Source: Candidatus Omnitrophota bacterium
Lineage (GTDB): Bacteria; Omnitrophota; Omnitrophia; Omnitrophales; JACROU01
DNA: 64,000 nucleotides
Assembly: GCA_029261035.1 (NCBI GenBank)
Contig: JAJDCD010000010.1
Location: 14,612-78,611, forward strand
Direction of reading: 5' to 3'
Made by a program: the position numbers and the translations under genes
Notes under the pieces: model-generated
What the model saw: the letters and a program-made list of their open reading frames with translations, nothing else
Told to the model about the DNA's origin: nothing
The model's database searches: none
Part shown: positions 1-11,300 of the stretch, one piece after another
How positions within the stretch are numbered: the first letter of the stretch is position 1
Layout: the number at the start of each line of letters is the position of its first letter

Positions 1-344
1 AAAAATATCCAGCCGAGAATAAACATCATTCCACCCACCGGCGTAATCATTCCAAACTTTGTAATACCAGTTGCAACCAACAAATAGAGACTGCCCGAAA
101 ATAAAAGAACACCCCCTGAAAAACAACCTGCCGAAATCATCACAAGCTTTGAGCTTAATTTAAATGAAATCAAAACGACAAGCAACAAAGCCAATGTGTG
201 ATAAAACTGATATCGGACCCCCACTTCAAAGACACTAAGCATATCCGATGAAAGTCGATTTTTCAAGGCGTGCCCCCCAAAAGCGCCCAACACAACTCCA
301 AAAAAACCATAAACCGCCGCCAAACTCAAAAAAAATCTCTGCAT
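1..344 (-). CDS. DUF423-family small membrane protein (YgdD/TMEM256-like); its 3' end runs off the window start
   Basis: Hand translation of the minus strand from the ATG at 342..344 gives MQRFFLSLAAVYGFFGVVLGAFGGHALKNRLSSDMLSVFEVGVRYQFYHTLALLLVVLISF...GMITPVGGMMFILGWIF with no stop before position 1. GAFGGH and VRYQFYH inside glycine-rich hydrophobic helices are the DUF423 signature recalled from memory. It is absent from the ORF track only because there is no in-window stop. Confidence 0.6.
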   Translation of the reverse strand, partial: MQRFFLSLAAVYGFFGVVLGAFGGHALKNRLSSDMLSVFEVGVRYQFYHTLALLLVVLISFKLSSKLVMISAGCFSGGVLLFSGSLYLLVATGITKFGMITPVGGMMFILGWIF

Positions 345-396
345 AAGAACTCCTAACCAATTTATCTGAAACAACTTAAAAACAAAACCCTCTAAA

Positions 397-441
397 GAGG
401 CCCGGGCCTCTTTTTTTCGAAAAAAACAGGCCCGGGCCTGT
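397..441. terminator. back-to-back GC-rich palindromic hairpins, each with a U-tract on the opposite strand (terminator-like or repeat elements)
   Basis: agaggcccgggcctct at 397..412 followed by T7 on the plus strand. A7 then caggcccgggcctg at 428..441 gives hairpin plus T7 on the minus strand. The pair lies between the divergent DUF423 (minus) and methyltransferase (plus) starts. Confidence 0.45.
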
Positions 442-473
442 TTGATGGACTTGGGTGGTATTATACTGCAATC

Positions 474-1175
474 ATGGATATAACCCAACGCTCTTTAGAG
501 CCTGAACTTATGGATATTGAAACTCGCAGTGATGAGGAGACATTTGAAGCTTATCGTTTCCTTACTCGTGTTAACCGCTATTTATTTGCAAGCCGAGTCA
601 TTTTCCATCACCTCAAACAATGGTCCAAACAATGGCCTAAAGATAAAACCATTCGAATCTTGGATATTGCCTCAGGTGCTTGCGATATACCTAAAGAAAT
701 TATTCGATGGGCTAAAAAGAAAAATTTTAAAGTTGAGTTAATCGCTCTTGATTTGAGTCAACAGGCATTAAGCTTTGGTCAACAAACCTATAAAGAATAC
801 CCTGAAATAAAATTTATTCAGGCTAATTGTTTTCAAATCCCAATTAAAAAAGTGGATTATGTAATTTCTTCTGCTTTTTTTCATCATCTAGATAATCAAA
901 GTATTATTCAGGCTCTTAAACATTTTAATACAATTGCTCAAAAAGGCCTTATTATCAGTGATCTCCAACGGAGCAAAAGAGCCTATTGCTGGATTCGCTT
1001 ATTCTCCTTATTAACAAAAAATGAACTCGTTCGATACGATGGTCCTCTTTCGGTTTTAAAAGCTTTAAAATTAGAAGAAGCCAAAGACCTCGTTACACAA
1101 TCTTCTTTAGATTATCTTCACGTAAGAACTCATTTTGGACATCGACTTTCTTTGGCAGGAGTAAAAAAGGAGTAA
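474..1175 (+). CDS. class I SAM-dependent methyltransferase, 233 aa
   Basis: ORF from the track. It has the Rossmann motif I ILDIASGACDIP, the acidic motif II ELIALDLS, the motif IV-like VISSAFFHHL and an N-terminal LEPELMD motif common in small-molecule/RNA methyltransferases. The start could alternatively be the internal Met at 507 (MDIETRS). The substrate is unknown. Confidence 0.75.
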   Translation: MDITQRSLEPELMDIETRSDEETFEAYRFLTRVNRYLFASRVIFHHLKQWSKQWPKDKTIRILDIASGACDIPKEIIRWAKKKNFKVELIALDLSQQALSFGQQTYKEYPEIKFIQANCFQIPIKKVDYVISSAFFHHLDNQSIIQALKHFNTIAQKGLIISDLQRSKRAYCWIRLFSLLTKNELVRYDGPLSVLKALKLEEAKDLVTQSSLDYLHVRTHFGHRLSLAGVKKE

Positions 1176-1190
1176 AAAAGGAGTAAAAAA
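1158..1190 (+). repeat. perfect tandem repeat, 3 x 11 bp (ggagtaaaaaa)
   Basis: 1158..1168, 1169..1179 and 1180..1190 are identical. The methyltransferase stop TAA (1173..1175) lies inside copy 2. Each unit carries an SD-like aggag and an A6 tract. Confidence 0.9.
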
Positions 1191-1222
1191 GGGACAGTCC
1201 CCTTTGGGGACAGTCCCTTTTT
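1185..1222. terminator. bidirectional intrinsic terminator shared by the convergent methyltransferase and clpB genes
   Basis: The sequence is A6, then gggacagtcccc, ttt, ggggacagtccc, then T5. The hairpin is an 11/12-bp stem with one A-A mismatch and a 3-nt loop. The A-run and T-run on either side let it act on both strands. It sits between the methyltransferase stop (1175) and the clpB stop (1226). Confidence 0.7.
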
Positions 1223-1225
1223 GCG

Positions 1226-3838
1226 TTATGCTTCTAGTAGTTGTTCTTTGGCTTGCTTAAACAAGAATTCTTTTTTGCTTTTAGAATAACCGACCTGAAT
1301 CTGAGAGCCTTCCGTAATTTCACCTTTTAGCAATTTCAAAGCTAACACATCTTGAATTTGTTTTTGAATTAATCGCCTTAAAGGACGGGCTCCATAATCA
1401 GAGTCAAAACCAATTTCAGACAATGCCTTTTTAGCTTCAGTACTCACTTCAATTTCGATATTCTTATCACGAAGCTTGGAAGCAATATCCTTCAACTGCA
1501 AATCAACAATTTGAACCATATTTTCCTGAGTTAATTTATTAAAACAAATAACTTCATCCAAACGGTTGATCAACTCAGGTCTAAAAAACTTCTTCAACTC
1601 TTCTTGAACCCGAAGATCCATCTCTTCTTTCTTTAACGATTCCTCCTGAAACAAATGGCTGCCAATATTCGAGGTCATAATAACAACTGTATTTTTAAAA
1701 CTGACCACATGACCTTGACCATCTGTCAATCGTCCATCTTCTAGAATCTGAAGCAAGATATGAGATACATCTGGATGTGCTTTTTCAATCTCATCGAGCA
1801 AAATTACAGCATAGGGACGCCTTCGAATCCTCTCCGTTAACTGACCTCCCTCCTCATAACCTACGTATCCTGGAGGAGCTCCCATCAATCGACTCACAGA
1901 ATGTTTCTCCATATACTCCGACATATCAATACGCACAAGCGCATCTTCATCATCAAAGAGAAATCCCGCTAGCTTCTTAGCTAAATACGTTTTCCCAACA
2001 CCCGTGGATCCTAGAAAAATGAATGATCCCATAGGACGATTTTGATCTGAAAGACCCGAACGAGATCTGCGAACTGCATTCGAAATCATTTCTACAGCTT
2101 GATTTTGCCCAACAATATCTTCTGTGAGACGATCTTCCATATGAACCAGCTTTTCCACCTCACCTTCGGCTAAACGATTAACGGGAATTCCTGTCCATTT
2201 AGAAACAATCTCTGCAATATCCGATTCATCCACTTCTTCTTTCAACATCTTTTCCTTTACCTGAACCTTCTTCAACTCTTTTTCTTTATCTTTGAGCTCC
2301 GCGTCTAATTCCAGAAGTCTTCCATATTTAATTTCTGCAACTTTATCCCAATTAGACACCCTTTCAAATTGCGCTTCTTGAAATTTTGCTTCTTCCATCT
2401 TCTCCTTTATCTGAGTCATTTGATCAATAATATCTTTCTCATTCTTCCAATGAATTTTTCTCTCCTTTAATTTTTCTTTTATCTCAGAAAGCTCCTGCTC
2501 CAACTTGCCTAATTTTTCTTTAGAAGAATCACTTTTTTCTCGTTTCAAAGCTTGTCGTTCAATTTCAAACTGCATCACCTTACGTTCTAATTCATCAATT
2601 TCAGTTGGTAAACTATCCATTTCAATTCTCAGCTTTGCTGCAGCTTCATCAATTAAATCAATCGCTTTATCCGGCAAAAAACGTTCTGCAATATAACGCT
2701 GAGAGAGAGTAGCCGCAGCAATCAGTGCTTCATCGTTAATTTTTATGCCGTGATACAATTCATAGCGTTCTTTCAGACCTCTAAGAATGGCAATCGTATC
2801 CTCTGTGCTGGGTTCTCCAATAAAAATTTGCTGAAAACGCCGCTCCAACGCTTTGTCTTTCTCAACATATTTTCGATATTCATCCAATGTTGTAGCTCCA
2901 ATACATCGTAATTGGCCTCGAGCTAACGCAGGCTTCAACAAATTAGAGGCATCCACAGCACCTTCAGCCGCTCCAGCTCCAACTAAAGTGTGAAGCTCAT
3001 CAATAAACAAAACAATTTGACCATCTTTAGATTCTATTTCTTTGAGCACTGCTTTTAAGCGCTCTTCAAACTCCCCTCTAAATTTAGCCCCTGCTAAAAG
3101 CGAACCTAAATCAAGCCCAATAATTTTTTTGTCCTTCAATGTTTGAGGAACATCCCCGCTAACAATACGCTGAGCCAACCCTTCAGCAATTGCCGTTTTT
3201 CCTGTCCCCGGATCTCCGATAAGAACAGGATTGTTTTTGGTACGGCGAGACAATACCTGAATGGCTCGACGAATTTCATCATCCCGTCCAATAACAGGGT
3301 CTAGCTTTCCTTCAGCCGCTAATTGGGTTAAATCTCTACCATATTTCTCTAGGGCTTTATATTTTTGTTCTGGATTTTGATCGGTTACGTTATTCATCCC
3401 TCTGACCTCCTGTAAAATAGAATTTAATTTTTCTTTTGTAATTCCGAACTGCAATAAAATTTGCTTCACTTTCTGCTGTTGTGTTTGTGCAATTGATAAC
3501 AATAAGTGTTCTACACTAATATATTCATCCCCTAATTGTTGCGCTTCTTTAAAAGAAAGATCTAGAAGCTGTTTTAAATCATTGGATAAATACTCTTGCC
3601 CTTCAACTCCTTTAATTTTGGGTTTAGATTTAATTAAGTTATTCAATTCTACTTCTAAGGCTGCAACATCCACAGAAATATGCTGCATCATTTCACGAAC
3701 AATGCTTTCTTCAACAGAAAGAAGCCCTAAAAATAAGTGCTCCACATCTACTTCTTGATGCTGTTCTTTTTTTGCTAACTGAACAGCAAACTCCAACGCT
3801 TCCTGAGATTTTAAGGTTAATTTCTCAAATGAGAACAT
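1226..3838 (-). CDS. clpB: ClpB disaggregase chaperone (AAA+, two nucleotide-binding domains), 870 aa
   Basis: NBD1 has Walker [20 protein letters not shown] and Walker [18 protein letters not shown]2 has Walker A GSTGVGKT and Walker [16 protein letters not shown] long coiled-coil middle domain separates the NBDs, and the N-domain and overall length are typical of ClpB. A GGAGG ribosome-binding site lies 8 nt upstream of the ATG. Confidence 0.97.
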   Translation of the reverse strand: MFSFEKLTLKSQEALEFAVQLAKKEQHQEVDVEHLFLGLLSVEESIVREMMQHISVDVAALEVELNNLIKSKPKIKGVEGQEYLSNDLKQLLDLSFKEAQQLGDEYISVEHLLLSIAQTQQQKVKQILLQFGITKEKLNSILQEVRGMNNVTDQNPEQKYKALEKYGRDLTQLAAEGKLDPVIGRDDEIRRAIQVLSRRTKNNPVLIGDPGTGKTAIAEGLAQRIVSGDVPQTLKDKKIIGLDLGSLLAGAKFRGEFEERLKAVLKEIESKDGQIVLFIDELHTLVGAGAAEGAVDASNLLKPALARGQLRCIGATTLDEYRKYVEKDKALERRFQQIFIGEPSTEDTIAILRGLKERYELYHGIKINDEALIAAATLSQRYIAERFLPDKAIDLIDEAAAKLRIEMDSLPTEIDELERKVMQFEIERQALKREKSDSSKEKLGKLEQELSEIKEKLKERKIHWKNEKDIIDQMTQIKEKMEEAKFQEAQFERVSNWDKVAEIKYGRLLELDAELKDKEKELKKVQVKEKMLKEEVDESDIAEIVSKWTGIPVNRLAEGEVEKLVHMEDRLTEDIVGQNQAVEMISNAVRRSRSGLSDQNRPMGSFIFLGSTGVGKTYLAKKLAGFLFDDEDALVRIDMSEYMEKHSVSRLMGAPPGYVGYEEGGQLTERIRRRPYAVILLDEIEKAHPDVSHILLQILEDGRLTDGQGHVVSFKNTVVIMTSNIGSHLFQEESLKKEEMDLRVQEELKKFFRPELINRLDEVICFNKLTQENMVQIVDLQLKDIASKLRDKNIEIEVSTEAKKALSEIGFDSDYGARPLRRLIQKQIQDVLALKLLKGEITEGSQIQVGYSKSKKEFLFKQAKEQLLEA

Positions 3839-3844
3839 AGTGAC

Positions 3845-3852
3845 ACCTCCAT
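3845..3852 (-). promoter_or_regulatory. ribosome-binding site (GGAGG) of clpB
   Basis: Plus-strand cctcc at 3847..3851 is GGAGG on the minus strand, 8 nt upstream of the clpB ATG at 3836..3838. Confidence 0.55.
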
Positions 3853-4027
3853 AACATACAAAACTACCTATATACCTACATATATGATGCCAATATTGAT
3901 TTAAGATTCAATATATGTAAGTTATTTAATTATAATGATTTATGATATTTTTTAAAAAAGGAGAAATGATCGGTGTGTATCAAATTGTCTCAGTTGGTGC
4001 CGTTTAGATCCATGTATTTTGTATTTT

Positions 4028-4054
4028 GGGACAGTCCCCTTTGGGGACAGTCCC
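4028..4054. repeat. gggacagtccc palindromic repeat element, tandem pair (same 27-mer as 1191..1217)
   Basis: gggacagtcccctttggggacagtccc occurs identically at 1191..1217 and 4028..4054. A third related hairpin, gggacagtcccttagactgtccc, is at 53537..53559. All copies are intergenic and 4-6 nt from a stop codon or terminator. Confidence 0.8.
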
Positions 4055-4073
4055 GGGTATACCGGGTATATAT

Positions 4074-4106
4074 AAAAAAAGGGCTACCTGTTTTAAGGGT
4101 AGCCCT
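4074..4106 (-). terminator. second intrinsic terminator downstream of the giant gene, upstream of the clpB promoter
   Basis: Hairpin agggctacc / tgttttaag / ggtagccct with a 9-bp stem. It is followed on the minus strand by T7 (plus strand A7 at 4074..4080). Confidence 0.6.
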
Positions 4107-4190
4107 TGAACCCCAAAGAGAAGCTGGGGTTTAGTCCAATAAGGTGACCCAACCTTACTGGACATCTGAATAAGTTAAAATTTGAAAGTA

Positions 4191-4232
4191 AAAATTAAAA
4201 AATAGGGTGCAAGTTCAAATATTTGAACTTGC
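4191..4232 (-). terminator. intrinsic terminator of the giant gene (first of two in tandem)
   Basis: 24-nt perfect palindrome gcaagttcaaatatttgaacttgc at 4209..4232, 41 nt downstream of the giant-gene stop. It is followed on the minus strand by accctaTTTTTTaaTTTT. Confidence 0.65.
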
Positions 4233-4273
4233 TCATTAATTTTGACTTTTTCCTTTTAACTTTTAAACCTTTC

Positions 4274-5319
4274 TTATGCGGCTTGTGCGACCTGTCTTGC
4301 TGCTAGTTCTTGTGATAACAGCTTATCAAGTAACTGTCGTACAGAAGCAACGTTGAAGAAGAACCGGTCTTCTTCACGGGCTAATCCGCGAGATACAAGC
4401 TCGTTAGCTACCGCTTCACCATAGCGTGCAATTTCACGGCCTGTTCGGAGAACCACAGGTTTAACCCAATCATAGCGGTCCAGAGCCTGTTTATCGTAAA
4501 CCACGTGGTAAACTCCTTTAGCACCTGTTACTCGATCACTTAAGTCGGTTTCTTCATTTGAAACAACTGTCATTGCTTTATTTGTATATTCTGGTTGTTG
4601 TCTCAAGTCGGTCACAATTCGGTTCAAGCTTAAACCTTGATCTGTGATCAAGATTACTTGCCCTCTAACACTCTCTGGAATAGAGATAGCTACATCTTCA
4701 GGAACATTAGCTATAACGAGTTGATGATTCTGGGTTCCAGAGAAGTAATTGATAAAGGCATCATCTTCATCTGGTGTTCCAATAAATGGCAAGTAAACTC
4801 CTGTGTTCCAATCTACAACCTGAACCGAAGGTGCTGGGGAAGCTCCAGAACCTACAATCATTTTATCCAAAGCTTCATTAAATCCAGTCGAAACGAGATC
4901 TGCCGCTGCTCGAACATCGCCCAACTGTGTTTGTAATTGTGTTAAAGCAAACTGCCCTTTTAAACCTTGTATAGAATCTAAAGCAGACAACAATGCACTT
5001 TGTTGAGAATCTGTCAAAGGAGCTTTTGCTACAGGAACACCTAAACTCTCAGCTGTAATTTCTGGAACAATTTTTTCTTTAACAGGTTTTTCACCTAAAG
5101 AAGATCCATAAATATCTTTTTCTTTAAGCGTATACAATTGAGCTATGCGTAGTTTATCTGCCTTTGAAACTAAATTATAACGTTTTCTTGGTAAACCAAA
5201 ACGTTGAACTGATTCACTTCTACCTGTCTTCTCAAAAACTTTTTTCAAGTATCCCGATTTGTCTCTTTTAGTAAAATCAGAATCCGTCCATTTTTTGACA
5301 TCAATTCTTCTTTTACTGA
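4274..5319 (-). other. C-terminal globular domain (~348 aa) of unknown function after the last transmembrane cluster
   Basis: This is a non-coiled-coil, mixed-composition segment (VDWNTGVYLPFIGTPDEDDAFINYF ... VYHVVYDKQALDRYDWVKPVV). I recognise no motif in it. Confidence 0.4.
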
Positions 5320-8300
5320 TTTGAAAAACCGAAAGAATCACTGAGCCAGCACCGAACACAACATAACCCAAGACAGGAATCAACGTTAATGTTGGCATAA
5401 TTAAACTAACAGCTGCCAGGATAAGGCTGAACGAGCCTAATCCAAATAAAAGATGATACCCGTATTGCGTCATAAAGGCTTGCTGGCCTTGTCTGCGAGA
5501 GATTTCACCAAGCAATTGGATCAAATCATCGTTATAATGAACTCCTTCAAAATTTCGAAGGTACGTAATATAAAGAAGTGTTTGTTCTCTATCATTCAAT
5601 GCAAAATTATTCTTACTTCCATAATTGACAATACGTTGAACAACTTCATCTCTCATACCTGAAGTCCAAGCCCCTCTTTCCTCTTCCTGTTGTCTTAACC
5701 AGTACATAAATTCTTTCATAGCACCTTGATAACGCGCTTCTTCGTAAGATTCCCCTCTTCCAAACGAAGCCATAAACCAAGCAATTAAAGGTCCAAAAAT
5801 AAAGGAGTAAAGAATAATACCCCCAATAAAAATAAAGAGTGGGTCAATCAAACCAAGCATAACACCTGAAGCTATGATTAAACCAATATAAAGAACATTA
5901 ATCAGCTTCGCTTCACCCACTTCAAATTTATACGCATCCATCGGACTCAAACCTTTTTCCAACTGTTCTGCAACAGTCGCACTGGTAATCCACTTAAAGC
6001 CGATACCATAAAATGCTGCATGAATCGTTTCTTTAACAAAGTCAATTGAGATACGAATATTAATCAAAAGAATCGAAGTTGAAACAAACGTTTGGAATAT
6101 AGAGTCCTTCACAATTTGTTTTAAATCTCGCCCTAACTTAAACGTATTAAAGAAAAACAAGGCTCCCAATATCCACAAAAGATACGGTTTTACAAATTGA
6201 GAAAATAAATCCATCATCACCACGAGGGATTCTGCCGATTGATACTGAGATAAAAATGTATTAAATTCTGTCACCCAAACATTAAGAAAATTAATACTTT
6301 GAGAAGGGAGCGCTACATAAAAGACAAACAAAGCTCCTAAACCATAAAAAAGGTAGGATTTAAAACGATTAACATAATAATCTGGGTCTCCTAAACCTCT
6401 AAAGGTAAATTTTTCTACAATTTCATGTCTCCACCAAGTAACCCTATCGTGCTGCCCTAATCTATGTCCTATATGATACTCATTCCCTTCGTTGTCTGTA
6501 GCATAAAGACTAGACCAATTCAAAGGAACCCACCCCCACAACCCTTTACTTGGATGAACAATACTCACAGGCATCTGAGAAGACATCCCTTCCCAAATAC
6601 GTGCCATTGCAGGTTTAATAATTTGAGGCACTGCGATCATACCGGCCATAATACTTCCAAAAAGCACATACCCAATATAACGCGCTTTAGCAATCAACAA
6701 ACCTGGAATATTGGCAAACACCAAACCAAAAATCAGCCAGAGACCAAAGATTGATTCTCCCAAGAATCCATATAAAATGGTAGATAATTGAGGTGCAATT
6801 CCTCGAGGCAAATCACTCGGTTTTGCCAATCGTTCCCAAGCATCTTTAAATGTAAAAAGTCGAGGTTCTGCACGGAAAATACGGCCTAAATGTAGGGCAT
6901 GACTCATACGCCACAAAGTACCAACAAAACGATGCTCCTCAATTAATTGTGCTAAGTCACCTGTATCCCAACGAACCTTACGAGGCAATGCAAAGAAATA
7001 ACTATGCGGCAAAATCTCTAAAATAATATCTTTAAAATTAAACAGATCTATGCCTAAAATATGCATTAAGAAAGAAACATCTCCCAATTCTTCTTTTGTG
7101 AACCACTCTGACTCTGGTTTCGGTTCCCAAACAGCTCCATCATTTTGACGAGACCATAAATCTACATCTACCGGCTTCACCACACCTCGGTTAATAAAAT
7201 CATTCTCTATTGCTCTTTCTTTTAAGATTTTACGCGCTTTAGAACCATCTACTTGAGCTTCACGGAATAAACGAAATGCCATTGGAATCATGTAGTACTT
7301 ACGAATATATTCTCTCAACTGTGGGTTTCTCATATAATCAACCCAACGTTTTCTCCAAAAAATACGTCCTCCCCCACGGAAACCTTCTTGAATATCATGA
7401 CTAATAAAGTGTGCTGGAACCAACTCTTTAAAAATTACTTCTCCCATATAAAAAGGTGTGAAGACCATTTTTCCAAATGCAGGTGCTTTTGGTTCTTTTG
7501 GCGTACTTTGAATCCCTGTTTGAACCAATAACAAATGCCCTAATTGCCTCAATGCTTTCGATTCAAAACGAGAGTGGGTTGAAGTATGCGAATCTTCTTC
7601 TAATGGAGACGATTGATTATCATATGAAATTTGAGGCTGATGTACAGAAACTATATGTTTTGCCTTCATAGCAGCTATTGCATGCGCATAAACTTCTTTA
7701 GCTGCTCCAAACGTATAAGGATTCTTATTATCCCCTTGTAATTTAAATTCTATTTTATGATCAGGTTCAATAGGTGTTCCGTATTGATCTTTAATTCGCT
7801 CACCATTAAAATTAAAGTAATCCAAGTCTGGCATTTCATATTCACTCTCTTCGCCCTTAACTTTATCTAAAGTTTGAATGTCATCTGAGGAGATCAATTC
7901 TTTTTTCACAATACGAATTTGGCCCTGATCATCTACTTCAATCGTATCAAACTGAATATTTCCATCATTATCAATATGAAGCCGAGGATCATTTAAAACA
8001 TCTTTTGAATTTAACATCCACCCTTCTTCATATTGACTTCCATCCCAATAGTAAATCTTACGAAGCGTTGATTCTCCTCGTTCATTTTCAAAAGGTTTGA
8101 CATCAATGTCTTTTTTCAATAGATAACTTTTTTCACGGCCTGTTTTTCCAATATGCAATCCGGCAACATCCGCAAAAACACCTGTTCTGACAAGTTCCGC
8201 TTCTTCCTCAGTGATATCCCCACTTTTTAACATTTCATCAATAAAGCTTGGGTCTTTAAAACCAAAATAACGATCAAATGGATTTCTTCGTTTATTCACT

Positions 8301-11300
8301 CCTGTAAAATAACCTCTCACAACACGTTGAACTTTGATTCCATCGAGAGTATCTGTTGCTGTCACCCACTGATCATTTTCATCGATTAAAATCTGGCCAT
8401 GCTCTGAAGTGGTACTCGCATTCATGGAGAAGTCCGTCAATGTTCTTGCTAGAATAGGAACATCTGGGTCTTTTTGAGTCAATTGAAAATCAGGGATTAT
8501 CTTTTCTTTTCCACCCTGATCTTTTTTGAGTGTTCTAAAATCACTCACCTTTTCTAAGGTGACTATCTGATCAGGATCCGATATTAATTCAGCACCCTCA
8601 TAAGATAAAGCTCCTGTCACCTCACCAACGGTATAACCGTCTCGACTATAAACCAACAATGCTTCACGGTAATCATCCGTCACCGCAACATGACTTGTTT
8701 GATTTTGAGCAAGTATATAATTACCATCACTCGTTGCATAATCTATGGAGTCTCTAGCCACATCCTCTTTGCTCTTCAAACCTTCATAGTCCACATCTAA
8801 CTCAATAACAACTCCATCTTTGTCAAAAGTTAACTTACCGTTATTAACTTCAAAACCATCTTTTTGGTGAACCAAAATGCCCGAAACCAAATTGCCCCCT
8901 TCCATATAATAAACATTTTGATAAAACTGCTCTCCACGATCACCTTGAAGTTGGGTTACATCCACAGGACCTTTAATTAAGTAACTGTTTGCATTTGCAT
9001 TGTAGTGAACCTCAGTAGCATGTTCTTCCATAGCTGCTTTTGCAATCGCATCCGCACCTTTAATCAAATATCCTTTTTGTTTTTTGAAGACATTGGCCTC
9101 TCGCTCAATTTCATCCACAACAACAGCGGTACCTTGTTCTGCAGCTTTTAATCGGGCAGCATTCTGAATATCTTGTTTATTGGCAATGCGAACCCCTCGA
9201 ATTGGGTCTGCTTCGATATTTTCTCTAATCGTAAAAGTTCCGTCCATTTCACGCTTAATCGCACCTTGGTTACTGGCAAGACCATGAACTTTTAATATAA
9301 CTGTTTGTCCAGGCTGTATTTCATCTAAGGTAATATTTCTACTCACCCTTCTTTTTTTGGATCCTTTTTTGCTCAACCTTGAGAAAAACCCTTCTTGAGA
9401 GAGAAAAGAATATTTTCCATATTCTAAAGCTTCTCCGAAAAGTTGAATCCTTCCATAATCACTATCGATTAAATCTCCTTCAACCAAAATCTGTTTTCCA
9501 TCTTTTGTTGCCATGTCTCCACGAGAAATATCAATTTCAGGCTCTTCATAGAGAACCGCTCTTTTTTCTTTTTTCAAAGCCTTTCCATGTTTCTTTAGTG
9601 GCTGTTCCATAACCACAAAAGTTTTAGCACGTTTTACTGATTTTTTTGTTTGCCTGTTATTTTCTGTTACAGTAGCAGATCTACGAGTTAAAACACCAAA
9701 GCCAGGACGACTCATAGAAAAAACAGATTCTTCAGATTTTGCACGATAAAGAATCTCTTTCTTATTCAACTTATATTTTTTTCTAGGAATAACAACGCTA
9801 CCTGTTGCGTCTAGTAAATTTCCTTTTTCATCTAAGTAATACACTTTTTTTACAACTTCATTTGTATTTGGATCTAATCGTTTTAAGATCACTTCCTGCT
9901 CAAAAACAAGGTCTGCTGTTAATGGCATTCTTCGGCCTTGATTATCATAAACAACTTCGTCTTTACGCGTTCTGAGCGTACCATCATCATTCCACCATAC
10001 CCATTGATCTTTTCTTAATATTGGCTTAGAGCTCGATGGTTTTGAACCTGGCTCATAAACATCTCCCTTAAACACAGGGTATCTTCTTTCAATCATTTGA
10101 CCTGGGTTTTTAGGATCTTCTGCCATACCCACAATAAAACGTTCCGTTTTAACTTGCTGAACATCCCACTCTTGCTTACTATTATCTGGACGTGTGATTT
10201 CTAGCGCATTTTGCTGTTCAATATAAAAACCTTCATCGTAAGCACCAAAAAGAGCCGCATCAATATCTCGATTATCTGTTTTAATTCGTTTATCTTCTCC
10301 ATAAGCCGTATAGGTTCTTGGATGCGTAACACCATATTCTAAAAATTCAAATGCGTTCTGTAACTGCCCCCATTTCACACCAAATTTTTCCAAGTGTTCT
10401 TGAACATAAATAATACGATCAGCACCAAAACGATCTCTCAATCGCTTAATTTCTTTAATTTCTGCTTTAAGAACATTTGGCTTACTCGTTCTAGAAACAA
10501 GCAATAGTTTTAAATGATCATTCGGATCCAGGTCTTCATGATCAATTACTTTTCTATCTTTTGTTTTAGGATCATAAACCTTATAAAAAGCAAGCTGAGC
10601 TAATTTAGAAACTTTATCTACAGGAACATAAGGTTGAAACAGAATGTGAAGGTCTGAAATCAAGTCCTCTCTTGCTAAAGTTAAAGCTTCATCTGCTTCT
10701 TCTTGAATCTCTTCTATTTGAGCTTGCATATCTTCTAACGAAATAATCCTATCTTCAAATCTTGATTTGGTTTCTGTCACTTTCCTTCTTTTATCAGAAT
10801 CGATTGTTTGTCTTCTTTTGACTAACTCCAACTTCGCTGCTTCTACGTTTTTTTGCAATTGGCGCACAATATCTTCTTGCACTGCATCATCCATGTTAAT
10901 AAATCGATCTTTAACGTCAGGAATCAAACTATCTACATAATCAATCCAAAAGGCTCTTGTCTTCTCATCGTAAGTACGCAGGTTCACTGTGTTCAAGAAA
11001 CTGGTTTTACTGTGAACCATCGCACTTTGCGCTTCTGATGGAGATTGCATCAAAATAGGAGTTGCCATTGCAGCGCTCCATCTCATTGATGCTCTATTGC
11101 TCTTCAACGCATACTCATCATAATCCAGTTTTTGTTTGCGATAAAAAATATTCATCAGAGTAAACATCATAATCTGTCTAAAAGGACGGTTAATATAGAC
11201 ATAGAAAAAGGAAGTCGCCCAAACAATCATTCCAGCAGACCAATTCGCATCCATACCCACAATCATATAAAAGTAAGCAGGAGCTGTTAAAAGAATATTA

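Noticed and set aside
517-741. 74-aa plus-strand ORF overlapping the methyltransferase in another frame; also 1777..1980 and 2505..2696 antisense within clpB
   Set aside because: They overlap well-supported genes and have no independent evidence.
3839-4020. Sigma-32 heat-shock promoter or CIRCE element upstream of clpB
   Set aside because: I found only a weak CTTAAAT...CATCATAT resemblance with wrong spacing and no TTAGCACTC-N9-GAGTGCTAA inverted repeat, so the evidence is not enough to annotate.
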